This document shows positions 37,015-49,000 of a stretch of DNA of 64,000 bases, piece by piece. The DNA lies in the NCBI GenBank assembly GCA_973895155.1, contig OZ316891.1, forward strand, positions 1-64,000. Direction: 5' to 3'. The first letter of the stretch is position 1. The number at the start of each line of letters is the position of its first letter. The position numbers were made by a program, and so were the translations under genes. This stretch comes from Marsupella aquatica. Taxonomy: Eukaryota; Plantae; Marchantiophyta. Below the pieces are notes generated by a model. That model had not been told where the DNA came from, did no database searches, and saw nothing but the letters and a program-made list of their open reading frames with translations.

Positions 37015-39468
37015 CCTGCATGAAAAACAACAAAATTAGCTGATGCCATATTTTGCTCTGAAATTATATAGAGCTCTTCACATCAGATTTTCCCGTGGAG
37101 CTCCACAATGGACTCTGAAGTCAATCTCAATTGGCCAACTATCCTAGTATTTTTCATTTTCCATTACCTATGTCCCAAGCTTGATCTGCACCATGAATGT
37201 GCAATCTAACCCAAAGCTTCACTGACATAGAAGTTGGTTGAGCATGTTCACACATTCAACGTACTTTGTGAGCACAGACACAAATTAAACGAATTCAATC
37301 CGAATCTTCTCCAAAACCTGGTCAGTTGGATCATATTTTCACTATCTTGGGAAGTGAACTTGTACCATGCACTCTCTCGATGCCCTTGGGGCTAATAATT
37401 ACTCCAATGCCTCTAAAGCCACCAAACTAATTAATAAAGCCCAAGAACTTATGCCATGGTAATTAGTGACACTATACGGTGTATATTGTCATTCCATACG
37501 ATAATAAATCACATACTATTATTCATTGTACAGTCTATGTTCTTATATTTTGATGTGCTATTACTAGGACACTGAGAACTTATACATACCACGTACATAC
37601 CCTAAAAAATTAAACTTAGAATGATAGAGCCTTGTGTATACATACTGCATCTAATGCCTAGTTGCAATGAAATAAATAATTCTACTTCAGGATATATTAT
37701 TTATGTGTGTAGGACCCCCTAAATGTTTTCACTGGTAGTAAAGTAATCATTAAACTGTTAAACCCTTTCAAGGTATTATAAACACTTAATGAACACTCAA
37801 CTATTATTTGATTCCTAACCAGAACAATCTTTATGGTACAACCTCTCGCCAAGTTATTGAGTATCCACCAGGCTACAAGTAGTCAATTCAGATCGGCGGC
37901 AGAAGAATAATCATTTTGCCTTGAGTAACTCTGAAGTGTGATTCATTTATGCCTGGTTTGGCCTTGATTTGTCATCCGTCACATCTGGTCATCCCGCCCC
38001 TATCCTGACACCGTCCCAACCTCATCCCAACCCTATCCCAACCCCACCCGGTCCCAACCACACCCCGTAGGGCAACATGTAAACTTGCCCGTTAACTCAA
38101 ACCGGGCATTTATCCCACACAAAGATCATCCAACCCCAGGGGCAAGTGAATAATCATTATGCATGGAGTAACTGTGGAGTGTGACTCATTTCTGCCAAGG
38201 GAAGATCATCCAAACCCAAGGGAACACAGTACATTGAAAATGGTCAGAACATTGAACTACACAAACAAAGAGGGAGCTCGACCTGTACTTGCTCTAGGTT
38301 GGTCTCCTAGTGGTGTTGGCTATGCTGACGAGGAAGAAGCCTGAAGCAAGCTGCCTCTCTCCGGCCACAATTCCAGGATCCTGAAAATTAAGCTTAGTTC
38401 ACACCCTGACTTGGGCGTATGGCCAGGTTGACATTTTCCCTCCCTATCATTCTTATTGTTAGGAGAACAGGATTGACAGTTTTGAAGTAAATTCTGGTGT
38501 ATTATCCTTTCCTTTTAATTAGTAGATATTTAAAAAACAGAAGGGTTTGCAGAATTGATCACAAAGGACATGGTTACATTTCATTATATTGAGTTTATGA
38601 TGGTTTTATTACATAAACCCTAATTTTGCTTTGAACTTTTTATTGAATACTCCACGTTTCTCAGATTGCACAAGGGGATCTGGTTGACATTGGGATGACT
38701 TTGTGAGTGCAAAATCTACTTCCTTTAGTAGTTGGGAAGCTATCCGCCCTCTTTCACAAGATATTGCCTTACAGTTCATTCAAAAGTAAGTTGGCTTCAA
38801 GCACTATTGTTGCCAATGATATGAAGCTCTATATGCACTTGGAGAAATGAGTTTCAGTTTCAGGTTTCTTGTCATTGTTTTTGGTCATCCTCAAGACACT
38901 AAATCCTTTTAGTGTTCTGTGCAGTGTCATTCATGCCAACATTGTACAAATATTGAGGCGAGACCAAGGAAAAAACTGTACACTCCTTGGGACAAATCAA
39001 TAGTAGATTTATGAAGGTGAGTACCTTAACATCAAAATTCCCCCTTTCTTCCCACCTACATGTTGAATTATTCATAAATCTAATGATAAAAATTACAACT
39101 TACGGCATTTCGGTACTCAGATCTAAAATGGTTCGCGTACTATTTGACCGGAATTGTAATTTTTACTGAATTGGAATTAAAAGAAAAAAAATTCAGTGGA
39201 TTTGTTTGCTACATTGTGGGAAGATCTAAAAAAATTGACATCATAAAATTGAAGTTTACACTTTATTGGATTCTTTGTTATGAAAACATTCAAGTTGAAC
39301 TTTTAGTTAGAAAAGTTCTTAAACTAAAGTCCTCAAGGTTTTGAAGGACAGTGTTTTCGAATGGCTATCAAAGATGTCACCTTTTGGACGTGGTTACAAT
39401 TATCCCTATTTTCATTGCTCCCCGTGTGAATGGGGGTACTCTTATCTCCTGAGGGTACCCTTGTGCTT

Positions 39469-39943
39469 TGTTGAGCATAGACGATGATCGCAACGGCAAG
39501 CCCATGAACCATCCAACGCACAATAGTCGACACAAGAGATACGTGGTTCACCTCCTTGAGGCTACGTCCACGGGAACACACAAGAGAGCTTTACTGAACT
39601 CTAAGCCCGTCGGCTATACCGAGTCTCCACAGTGTAAGCTCTCCCTATCTCTCAAGTGGCTCCATAACAATGAGCCTTGGTTCTACCTCTCCAAGCACAC
39701 ATGCCTCTTATGATATAGTGTGCAACTTAGTTGTACCTAACCACATAGTTATACCTAACCACATAGTTGTACCTAATCACGTAGTTGTACCTAACCACAT
39801 AGTTGTACCTAATCACGTAGTTGTACCTAACCACATAGTTGTACCTAATCACGTAGTTGTACCTAACCACGTAGTTGTACCAACCCACGTTGTTGTACCA
39901 ACCACGTCATACCTAACCTAGACGTAAGAGTAAATACCCAACA
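39469..39943 (-). repeat. Copia 3' LTR (contains 18-bp GTTGTACCTAACCAC(A/G)TA array)
   Basis: TGTTGAGCATAG...ATACCCAACA; only one difference seen against the other LTR (39751 A vs 45879 G). Confidence 0.97.
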
Positions 39944-39960
39944 ATCTTCCCCTTGACTCT
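39944..39960 (-). other. Polypurine tract
   Basis: Minus strand AGAGTCAAGGGGAAGAT directly abuts the 3' LTR. Confidence 0.85.
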
Positions 39961-40134
39961 GGTCTAGGGGAGAGTAATACTGCCAATGTATATGATCCCT
40001 CAGCGGGAAGTTCTGGACAGAAACCAAACCGGTTTCCCTCTCTAACTAGAGCAAACCAGAACTAAGCCGTAGCCTAATACATAGGAATGAGGAAGAGCAT
40101 ATATCAGTAATTACAATGAATGTTTAAGAAAACT

Positions 40135-43100
40135 CTACTTGTGATGCAATTGCAAAACCTGCAATACGTCACGGTGTCTAGAGAAACTCTCCAAAGGAAT
40201 CACTTTGGTAAATGCGTCAGCCGGGTTGAGTTTACCATCAATCTTGACTAGCTCAAACAAATTATCAGACACAGCCTGCCTGATAAAATGGTACCTGACG
40301 TCAATGTGCTTCACTCTGCTGTCCATCACCTGGTTCACAGCAAGGTGGAGCGCACTTTGACTATCACAATGGAGCTTCACATTCCCCTGTGGCAATCCCA
40401 TTTCAGTGATAAGTCTATCCAACCAAATCGCTTCCTTTGCTGCTTCCGCAGCTGCAACATACTCCGCTTCTGTAGTAGACTGAGCAATACACTTCTGCAA
40501 AGTAGACCTCCAACTTATGCATCCACCGCCAAGTGTGAACACGTATCCTGTTGTTGATCTCCTTCGGTCCAAATCTTGTCCATAGTCAGAATCTACATAG
40601 CCAATCAATGATCTAGCATTCTTTGCATTCGCATCAAATAAAAGACCATGATCCACGGTACCCTTCAAGTACCTGATAATCCACTTCACTGCTTCCCAGT
40701 GTACCTTCCCTGGATTCGACATGTACCTGCTCACCTTGCCCATAGCCATGGCAAGATCAGGTCTAGTGCAAGTCATCAAATACATGAGACTCCCCACTGC
40801 CTTGTCATATGGAACCTTTGACATCAACCCCTTCTCTGTGTCATCCGTAGGACAGAACACTGATGATAACTTGAAGTGTGGAGCCAACGGGGTACTTACT
40901 GGCTTGCTATTCTCCATGTTGAACCTTGCAATTACCTTCCTCGCATAACTGCTCTGCGTCAACCATAGCTTGCCAGCCTCCAAGTCCCTAGTGATCTCCA
41001 TACCCAAAATCCTCTTAGCTGGCCCTAAGTCCTTCATCTTAAACTCTGCACTAAGCAATGCCTTGAGCTTAACAATCTCAGACCTATCCTTGGCTGCAAT
41101 TAGCATGTCATCCACATAAAGTACTAAAACAATGAACCCAAAGACAACATTCTTCACCGGTTTCAAATACACACAAGGGTCAAATACACTTCTGTGAAAA
41201 CCTTGTGACCGAATCCAATCGTCAAACCGCTTGTTCCACTGTCTTGGTGACTGCTTCAACCCATACAAGGATTTCAGCAATCTGCAAACCAATTCCTCCT
41301 GTCCTCTCTTCACAAAACCTAGCGGTTGTCTCATGAAGATCACCTCTTCCAATGTGCCATAGAGGAAAGCTGTGACAACATCCATCTGATCTAGGAGCAG
41401 ACCAAACATTACAACAAGTACACACAATAGTCGTATTGTAGAGTACTTAGCAACTGGTGAGAAGACCTCATTGTAATCCACACCTTTCTCTTGTGTGAAT
41501 CCCTTTGCTACCAATCTAGCCTTGTAGACCTTCGATCCACCTCCTATGGAATTATCCTTCAGCTTGTAAATCCACTTGTTGTCCACCACTTGCTGACCCT
41601 TAGGCAGCTTAACAAGCTCCCAAGTTTTGTTGTCCTTTAGTGACTGCATCTCCGTTTGCATTGCTGCAGTCCACTTCTGCTTCTCCTTTGAAGCACTTGC
41701 CTCATGAAATGAAGAAGGTTCTCCTTCTTCCAAAATTAACGCATCACCCTCATCATCAGCTGTAAAATCATCCTCTTGCAGTTGAGATGAATCAACCCAC
41801 TGTCCATACCTTGATGGAGCGCGTACAGTGCGACCAGATGTTCTTCTAGCCGATGACTCCGGTTGATCTGCGTGTGCTGGTACAATTTGAAGCTCAACAG
41901 CATCCACTTGCTGCTCACCAGCATCAACAAACTCCTCTGGTTCCTCTGGCACAGGAACCAGCTCCATAATTGGAGCAACTCCTTCTCTCCGGTCATGCAC
42001 CTCATAACCAATCTCCCCCTCAACGAGATCCGGGATAGGAGATTTTCCTTTGTCAGTACGGGAGACCTGAGTATTCTCCCCCTCCTTCAATAATCTGGAT
42101 TCATTGAAGGAAACATCCCTACTGACAACGAGCTTACAGGCAATAGGATCCCATAGCCTATAGGCTTTCACACCACTCTGGTACCCAAGAAAAACACATT
42201 TCCTGGAGGTAGGATCCAACTTGGTCCTATTCTGCTTTGGTGTGAGAGCATATGCATCACTTCCAAAAATTACCAAGCCATGATAGTCTGCTTGCCGCTT
42301 ATAGCGCATCTCAAACGGCGTTTTGAAATTGATAGCACTAGAAGGAGAAAGATTTACCAAATAAGCTGCGGTATTGACAGCTTCTGCCCAAAATTCTTGT
42401 GGTAAACCTGATTGGCTCAACATACTCCGTGACCGCTCCAACAGTGTCCGATTGAGCCTCTCAGCGACACCATTCTGCTGCGGAGTATAAACTGTGGTGA
42501 GATGGCGAGTTATCCCCTGTTCTGAATAGTACTCTTCAAATTCCATTGAAGTGTACTCCCCGCCGTTGTCTGACCTTAGACTCTTCACCCTTGTATCCAA
42601 ACACTTGATCGTGTTTCCAGTCTGATTCTCCACCTGGGCCTTCCACTTCTTAAAAATGGACAAGACATCAGACTTATGCGTCATGAAATAAATCCACACA
42701 AATCTTGAGTAATCATCAATAAATGATACATAGTACAACTTTCCAGAGTGTGAGGGAGTCGGGGATGGACCCCACACGTCACTATGTATGTACTCAAGAA
42801 CCGCTTTGGAACGATGAGTTCCAACACCAAAAGCACGACGATGCTGCTTTCCAAGAATGCAATGCTCATAAAACTCTAATTTACAAGATTGCAAATCAGA
42901 AATGAGTCCATTCTTCCGTAAGATAGCCAAACCCTTCTCACTCATGTGGCCTAGCCGTGAATGCCACAGTTGAGTCATCTCCTCGTGAGACTTGATTACA
43001 TTGGCCTCTCCACATACAGTATTGCCCTGTAACACATACAAATTCTTTTGTCTACTCCCCTTCAAAATCACTGTCTCTCCCGACCTGACTTGAAGTTCAC

Positions 43101-43407
43101 CATCAATAACGCTCCATTGATGACCATTTGAATCCAACACACCGAGTGAAATCAGATTCTTACGCATGCCAGGTACATACCTGACTCCGGACACTGTGCG
43201 CACAGCGCCATCAAACATTTGAATCTTCACAGACCCAATTCCCTCAATTTGACAGGAGTGATCATTTCCCATCAGAACTGAACCGTTTGAAATAGAGTAA
43301 GAACTGAAAAACTCACGAATGTAACAAATATGAAAAGAGCAAGCACAATCAAGAATCCACACATCATCTGCTCTCCTAGATGACGTGCACAGGGCATACC
43401 CCCGGCT
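40135..43407 (-). CDS. pol: Copia pol (protease, GAG-pre-integrase, integrase, RT, RNase H)
   Basis: WILDCACSFH, WHSRLGH, HSDVWGP, LRSDNGGEY, QQNGVAERLNRT, KARLVAKG, LYGLKQSPRQW, LYVDDML, KHIDVRYHF; frame is open from the gag stop. Confidence 0.95.
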   Translation of the reverse strand, partial: SRGYALCTSSRRADDVWILDCACSFHICYIREFFSSYSISNGSVLMGNDHSCQIEGIGSVKIQMFDGAVRTVSGVRYVPGMRKNLISLGVLDSNGHQWSVIDGELQVRSGETVILKGSRQKNLYVLQGNTVCGEANVIKSHEEMTQLWHSRLGHMSEKGLAILRKNGLISDLQSCKLEFYEHCILGKQHRRAFGVGTHRSKAVLEYIHSDVWGPSPTPSHSGKLYYVSFIDDYSRFVWIYFMTHKSDVLSIFKKWKAQVENQTGNTIKCLDTRVKSLRSDNGGEYTSMEFEEYYSEQGITRHLTTVYTPQQNGVAERLNRTLLERSRSMLSQSGLPQEFWAEAVNTAAYLVNLSPSSAINFKTPFEMRYKRQADYHGLVIFGSDAYALTPKQNRTKLDPTSRKCVFLGYQSGVKAYRLWDPIACKLVVSRDVSFNESRLLKEGENTQVSRTDKGKSPIPDLVEGEIGYEVHDRREGVAPIMELVPVPEEPEEFVDAGEQQVDAVELQIVPAHADQPESSARRTSGRTVRAPSRYGQWVDSSQLQEDDFTADDEGDALILEEGEPSSFHEASASKEKQKWTAAMQTEMQSLKDNKTWELVKLPKGQQVVDNKWIYKLKDNSIGGGSKVYKARLVAKGFTQEKGVDYNEVFSPVAKYSTIRLLCVLVVMFGLLLDQMDVVTAFLYGTLEEVIFMRQPLGFVKRGQEELVCRLLKSLYGLKQSPRQWNKRFDDWIRSQGFHRSVFDPCVYLKPVKNVVFGFIVLVLYVDDMLIAAKDRSEIVKLKALLSAEFKMKDLGPAKRILGMEITRDLEAGKLWLTQSSYARKVIARFNMENSKPVSTPLAPHFKLSSVFCPTDDTEKGLMSKVPYDKAVGSLMYLMTCTRPDLAMAMGKVSRYMSNPGKVHWEAVKWIIRYLKGTVDHGLLFDANAKNARSLIGYVDSDYGQDLDRRRSTTGYVFTLGGGCISWRSTLQKCIAQSTTEAEYVAAAEAAKEAIWLDRLITEMGLPQGNVKLHCDSQSALHLAVNQVMDSRVKHIDVRYHFIRQAVSDNLFELVKIDGKLNPADAFTKVIPLESFSRHRDVLQVLQLHHK

Positions 43408-44442
43408 TCATAAAACATACTCATCATTGAGTAAATCAGCTTCTCCATCAGCCCTAGCCACATTTGCCGATGAAGTTTCCGCTGCCTTTCCCTTACAGTC
43501 TCGCTTGAAGTGTCCAACTTGGTTGCACTTCCAACATGTCACCTGCCTCCTCTGAGGGGATTTACCCTTGGACTTAGATCTGGATTTAGATCTAAACTGG
43601 GTTCTACGGTCCCCAGTTGGTCGCTGCATACTCCTCCCACGGTTAACATTGAGGGCAGCACCAGATGATGAAGGCTGTGACGTGATGTGCATCTTCTGCT
43701 GAAGATCATCACTAAGCAGAGAACTTACCACGTCATTGTATGAAATGGTATCCCTATCACGATGCAACAACACTCGTGATAGGGACTGGTAAGATGGAGG
43801 CAATGAACTAAGAAGCTGCAGAGCCTTCGTCTCATCATTCAAAGTCTCCCCAAGGTTTTCCAAGTCAACGACCATGTCGTTGAAAGCATCCACATGGTCT
43901 TGCAACTTCGTACCAGATTCCTTCATCCTGAAACTCATCAGTTTGTAGGAAGTGTAGAGCCGGTTCGACAACTCCTTGCGGTGATACTTGCTCTGCAATT
44001 CCGCAAATAAGGACATGCAATCCTTATGTGCACCCAACTGCTTGATGATGGGAGGCATGAGATAGAGTGTAACACACCACACTCCCTGCTCCTGCATGCG
44101 GTCCCATTGTTTCTCATCAACATCGTCTTCACGAGGGCTCAGCAGTTGGCCCATCCCTGACGCATAAAGCACTCCCTTCACCTGCTTCTCCCATAGCAAG
44201 TAGTCAGAGCGCCCATCATACTTTGTCACTTCATACTTGGGTCCCCCAAGCTTGAAAGTCCCCATCTTCTTCTTTACCGTGAGCTCCGGTAGTAGTACTG
44301 CTTCCTCCACCACACGCCGCACCGGTGATGGTATTGGTGTCACGTGCTCTTCCTCCTGCTCCTCTCTCTGCCCCTGAAACCTCCGCGGTGACCCTCGTGC
44401 TTCAAGTTCCACGTCTTCGAAAAACTCCTCCGAATCACTCAT
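43408..44442 (-). CDS. gag: Copia gag (UBN2-type, CCHC knuckle)
   Basis: KYDGRSDYLLWEKQV, LLSSLPPSY, CWKCNQVGHFKRDC. Confidence 0.93.
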   Translation of the reverse strand: MSDSEEFFEDVELEARGSPRRFQGQREEQEEEHVTPIPSPVRRVVEEAVLLPELTVKKKMGTFKLGGPKYEVTKYDGRSDYLLWEKQVKGVLYASGMGQLLSPREDDVDEKQWDRMQEQGVWCVTLYLMPPIIKQLGAHKDCMSLFAELQSKYHRKELSNRLYTSYKLMSFRMKESGTKLQDHVDAFNDMVVDLENLGETLNDETKALQLLSSLPPSYQSLSRVLLHRDRDTISYNDVVSSLLSDDLQQKMHITSQPSSSGAALNVNRGRSMQRPTGDRRTQFRSKSRSKSKGKSPQRRQVTCWKCNQVGHFKRDCKGKAAETSSANVARADGEADLLNDEYVL

Positions 44443-45582
44443 ATGAGAAAGTCACAAAAAATGTTGTTTTTCACAACTTCTCAAAAAACTCGAAACTCAA
44501 CACCGCCGCGTAGCCCACAAAGCTAGGAGTCCAATACTGAAAACCGAAATCAAAATCGAAATTTGACGGAAAAGTTATTCAAATTTCGGTCGAGGTGGGT
44601 AAAACCTTGGGAAACTCCCCCGTTTTGACCACCTCAGGGAATAACCGAAATACCAAGTACAACCCGTTGTCGGAATTGCGATGTGATTGGTGCGCTGCAT
44701 TGCCAACTTCAATGGCTACGACCTCGCCGAAAAATAACCAAAAAAGTTACCGTTCGGCGGATGAAATCTTTGTCGGACGGTCAAAAAATAGCTCTCTGGT
44801 TTTTTGGAATATTCTATGACCCTTGTACAGGCCCTGTGGGAATTTTGGAAGAACAATCGAGGGGCTGACATGTGTCCTCGAACCCCCAAAACCCCCTACC
44901 ACCCTTCGTCGTCGAAATCTGGTCGCGCGCGCAGAAAATACACACGGCAGAATGTACCCCTCGACACCAAACGCAAGATATCTCACTCGGGTTTTGACTA
45001 AATCAAGATCCGATTTCAGATTTGGAAACTAGACTCCGAGGCGATGAAGATCGATATAAGAAGCACCCAAAACAAGGAAAGAACGAGGGAGAAAAAAATT
45101 GGTAAAGATGACAGATTTCTCTCAATTGCCATAGCCAATTTCGAATCAGTTTTTCAAAGAGAAAAAAATGGTACCTTGTCAACAACGAATGTTGATCAAT
45201 TGCACTTGGTGCCGTCACCAAGTCCAACAAGGTAATTGATTTTGCTTAGCCTTCCTCTTTGCATCAAAGAGCCAATCCCGGACTCAAAAACAATCGTCTT
45301 GCCTCAATCTCTCCGTTGAGTCAAAACACTTGACGCTTCTCCCTCCGAGTCGATTGCCAACTTTCTTCACAAAATCCAGAACGACGAAAACTTAGATCTC
45401 TCTGCACCACGAGCTCCGTTCAACGATTTCTTCACACCGTTAGAAAGCTCTTGCCCTGATCTATCCGTTGAGCCCATAAACTCCAAGTTCCATGCGATGG
45501 AACTCTGGAAAATCCACCAACACTCAACGCTGGAAAAACCGTCATGAAATCCCGTCACGAACACACGTCACCTCCCAAGCAT

Positions 45583-45594
45583 GCTCTGATACCA
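45583..45594 (-). other. Primer binding site, initiator tRNA-Met
   Basis: Minus strand TGGTATCAGAGC, 2 nt inside the 5' LTR boundary. Confidence 0.95.
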
Positions 45595-45596
45595 AT

Positions 45597-46071
45597 TGTT
45601 GAGCATAGACGATGATCGCAACGGCAAGCCCATGAACCATCCAACGCACAATAGTCGACACAAGAGATACGTGGTTCACCTCCTTGAGGCTACGTCCACG
45701 GGAACACACAAGAGAGCTTTACTGAACTCTAAGCCCGTCGGCTATACCGAGTCTCCACAGTGTAAGCTCTCCCTATCTCTCAAGTGGCTCCATAACAATG
45801 AGCCTTGGTTCTACCTCTCCAAGCACACATGCCTCTTATGATATAGTGTGCAACTTAGTTGTACCTAACCACATAGTTGTACCTAACCACATAGTTGTAC
45901 CTAATCACGTAGTTGTACCTAACCACATAGTTGTACCTAATCACGTAGTTGTACCTAACCACATAGTTGTACCTAATCACGTAGTTGTACCTAACCACGT
46001 AGTTGTACCAACCCACGTTGTTGTACCAACCACGTCATACCTAACCTAGACGTAAGAGTAAATACCCAACA
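45597..46071 (-). repeat. Copia 5' LTR
   Basis: 475-bp direct repeat of 39469-39943. Confidence 0.97.
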
Positions 46072-49000
46072 TGCTTGAGGGTACTCTTATCAGTGAGGGT
46101 ACTCTTATCAGCGAGGGTACTCTTATCAGCGAGGGTACTCTTATCAATGGGTACGCTTATCAATAATGGTACTTTGATCAACGAGGGTACCCTTATCAAT
46201 GAGGATACTCTTATTTCCTGAGGGTACCCTTGCGTATGAGGGTACTCTTATCAATGAGGGTACTCTTATATCAGCAAGAGTACTCTTATCAATGGGTACG
46301 CTTATCAATAATGGTACTTTGATCAACGAGGGTACCCTTATCAATGAGGATACTCTTATTTCCTGAGGGTACCCTTGCGTATGAGGGTACTCTTATCAAT
46401 GAGGGTACTCTTATATCAACAAGAGTACTCTTATCAATGGGTACGCTTATCAACAATGGTACTTTGATAATGAGGGTACCCTTATTAGTGAGGGTATTCT
46501 TATCTCGTAAGGGTACCCTTGTGTTGGGCCTTGTGCACGAGGGTACTCTTATTAATGAGGGTACTTTTATTACTCATAGCAAGCAACAAAGCGGGCAGGG
46601 AACCCCATGAAGGCGCCCCGCGCCGGCAGAAGGACTCCGAACGTACTGAAAAGACCCTAAACCTCACGAGACCAACATTTTGGGTATTGCATGGACAAAT
46701 ACTGGCCAAAGTACATGCCTAAATTTACCTGCTCTGTTTTAGTTCCCTAAACCAGGGGTGATTTTTTTTATCAAATCCATACGTTGTATCCTAGTTTTTT
46801 TCACACATGATGTAAACCTACATCATGTGAAAGTGGGAGAGAAGAAAAATAGCAAAAACCAAAGCAAGCCAAAAAAATTCAGCTTTTTCCAGGAAGAAAA
46901 AAAAACTTCACCTCCAGGAGGGAAGGAAAAAAACTCCAACTTCAGGCGCTAGGGAAAAAATTAAACCTGAGGGAGGGCAGGGAAGGAAAAACAATTTGAG
47001 CTTCAAGAAAGGGAAACTTTAAGATTTTAGACAATAGGAAAACTTCAGGTAAGGTAAGAGTCAAATATTTTTTTGTAGTATTTGTAAATTAAAGTCGGGA
47101 GTTTTGAACGTATCTATTCTCTTCAGTGAATTTATTTTGGCTACCTTGTTCCCCAGAAAGGCAAGCATTACAGTGCGTCGCTTGAAGTGCAAAGAAGATA
47201 GGACTGTATTTTCTTTCCTGGGTATTGACCAATAGACACATTATTAAAATATGGGGTACCATTTATTCTAGTAAACAATTCTCTCATTACATTCAATATA
47301 AATGGACCCTAAACTCCCCCTACCCCATTCTGGTGTAGTCGTTTATTTTTACCGTCAACCCTAGATTTTTGGAACCTAGAAGCGACATGTGAGGCACACT
47401 TCACATAAATCAAAATTTATTTTTCCCCGGTCCCACATGACCTGCCAATTTTCCCTTGCATTGGACATTGGCATTTAGATAAAAAAACACTACTCAAATA
47501 GATGATTGTACAACATAACAAATGTGTTGTACGACACCTCATTTGTGGCCAAAAACTCATTTGTGGCCGAAGACTGTTTGTTACATTCCTACTTTACCTA
47601 ACCTGCATGATTACATCATGTCGTCGCGCACGTTTATAGTCTTTGTGTCCATGTATGTAAAACCCCACATTTTTACAGCCCAGCTTAGTACATTTCTTAA
47701 TATATTCATTCATACTTTAATTAATTATTGGATTACCCCGGCATTTGCTTCGTATCTATGCGTAGGATACCCCGGCATTTGCTTTGTATCTATGCGTAGG
47801 ATTACCCCAGCTTTTGTATCCATGGGTGTGGCCAATTTCCGAACATTAACCTTACTAGTACTTTATTAATTATAAGATTACCCCGGCTTGCGTTTCGTAT
47901 CCTTGTGTAGGATTACCCCAGATTTTGTATCCATGTGTATGGCACAAATCTTGAACATTAATTAATGTACATTTATTGATAGATAAGATTACCCCAACTT
48001 TCGTATCCGTGTGTATGGCACAATATCCTAAGATTAACCTGTCTAGTACATTGCTTCGTGATTGGATTACCCCGAGGTTCGGACGTATTCCTAACATTAA
48101 CCTTAGTTGTACATTACTCGATTATTAGATTACCCTAAATTGTACACGTATATGGCCCAATTTCCTAATATGAACCATAATACTGCATTACATGACCTCA
48201 ACTTTTGTATCTCTTATTGACAATGGCCGCTTATCATGTAAACAGAGTCAAGAGTGTGTGGTTTTCTCAAAATACCCAGCCTTGTTCTTTTTCTTTAAAC
48301 AGTGTTGTGTGGGTTTATCAGAATACTTGGCCTTGTTCCTTTACAGATGAACACCTATTAAGATTAAGAGTGTACCAAGGGTTAGCACGAGGTGCAATAC
48401 AATGCCCACAACAAGATAGATTAGGCAACCATACTACCCTGTTGTGCCTGTTTGTTCCCAAACAAACCTTCACCCCTAACCCCTACTAGAAGGTTGCCCA
48501 TTCAACCTCCTTACAGTAGCAGGCTGAACAGAAATCAACATTGATTCTATATCAATCAACATCCGCCACAATGTTAATTCACTTTTTGAAGAGGGGAAAA
48601 AAAGTTCAGTTGAATTCAAAATGGTGAATTCTTGCTCAAGCCAAAAACGTCATCCATTACACAAAAGTTTCTATTCATGTAAGGAAATAGTTCTTCAATG
48701 TTGAACGAAGACTTCTCTGAGCAACATCACATCATGTGCTCAGCATGAAGAGTCCTGGTGATAAACTTGCTGCTGGTTTCTACTCCCCAAGGGATCCAAC
48801 GTTCAGCTCCCGTGCACCTGCAGTCAGAGGTAGGTTTTAATTGAACTCATGTATCCTCATCCGATCACTACAAGCAAGGGCAATGTCAAGGTAGCAACCA
48901 TTTCAGCTACATCTTAAATGGCCATATGTTGCATCACCTACAATCATCTATACAAAAGTTCAGCTTAGTTACGCTTCAATTTTGTGTACGAGGATGTGTA

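Larger units (their letters stand above)
2738..37743 (-). mobile_element. Putative ~35-kb giant repeat unit / tyrosine-recombinase-RecQ-led element, copy 1 (a second copy starts at 37744 and runs off the window)
   Basis: Blocks A and B recur in the same order and orientation 35 kb apart (about 46 kb after the two insertions in copy 2). The YR-RecQ gene starts ~730 bp inside the 37743 junction. Nearly all recognisable genes are on the minus strand. Mobility is inferred. Confidence 0.45.
39469..46071 (-). mobile_element. Full-length Ty1/copia LTR retrotransposon, 6603 bp, 5-bp TSD TGCTT
   Basis: Two 475-bp TG..CA LTRs; TSD at 39464-39468 and 46072-46076; PBS, PPT, gag and PR-IN-RT-RH order. 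Confidence 0.98.
37744..48537. repeat. Long direct repeat block A, copy 2 (interrupted by Copia)
   Basis: Colinear with 2738-6873 on both sides of the 39469-46071 insertion. Confidence 0.93.

Noticed and set aside
2738-48537. Block A copies as LTRs of a giant retrotransposon
   Set aside because: No TG..CA ends, PBS, PPT or TSD; no RT between them other than the nested Copia; block B is duplicated as well
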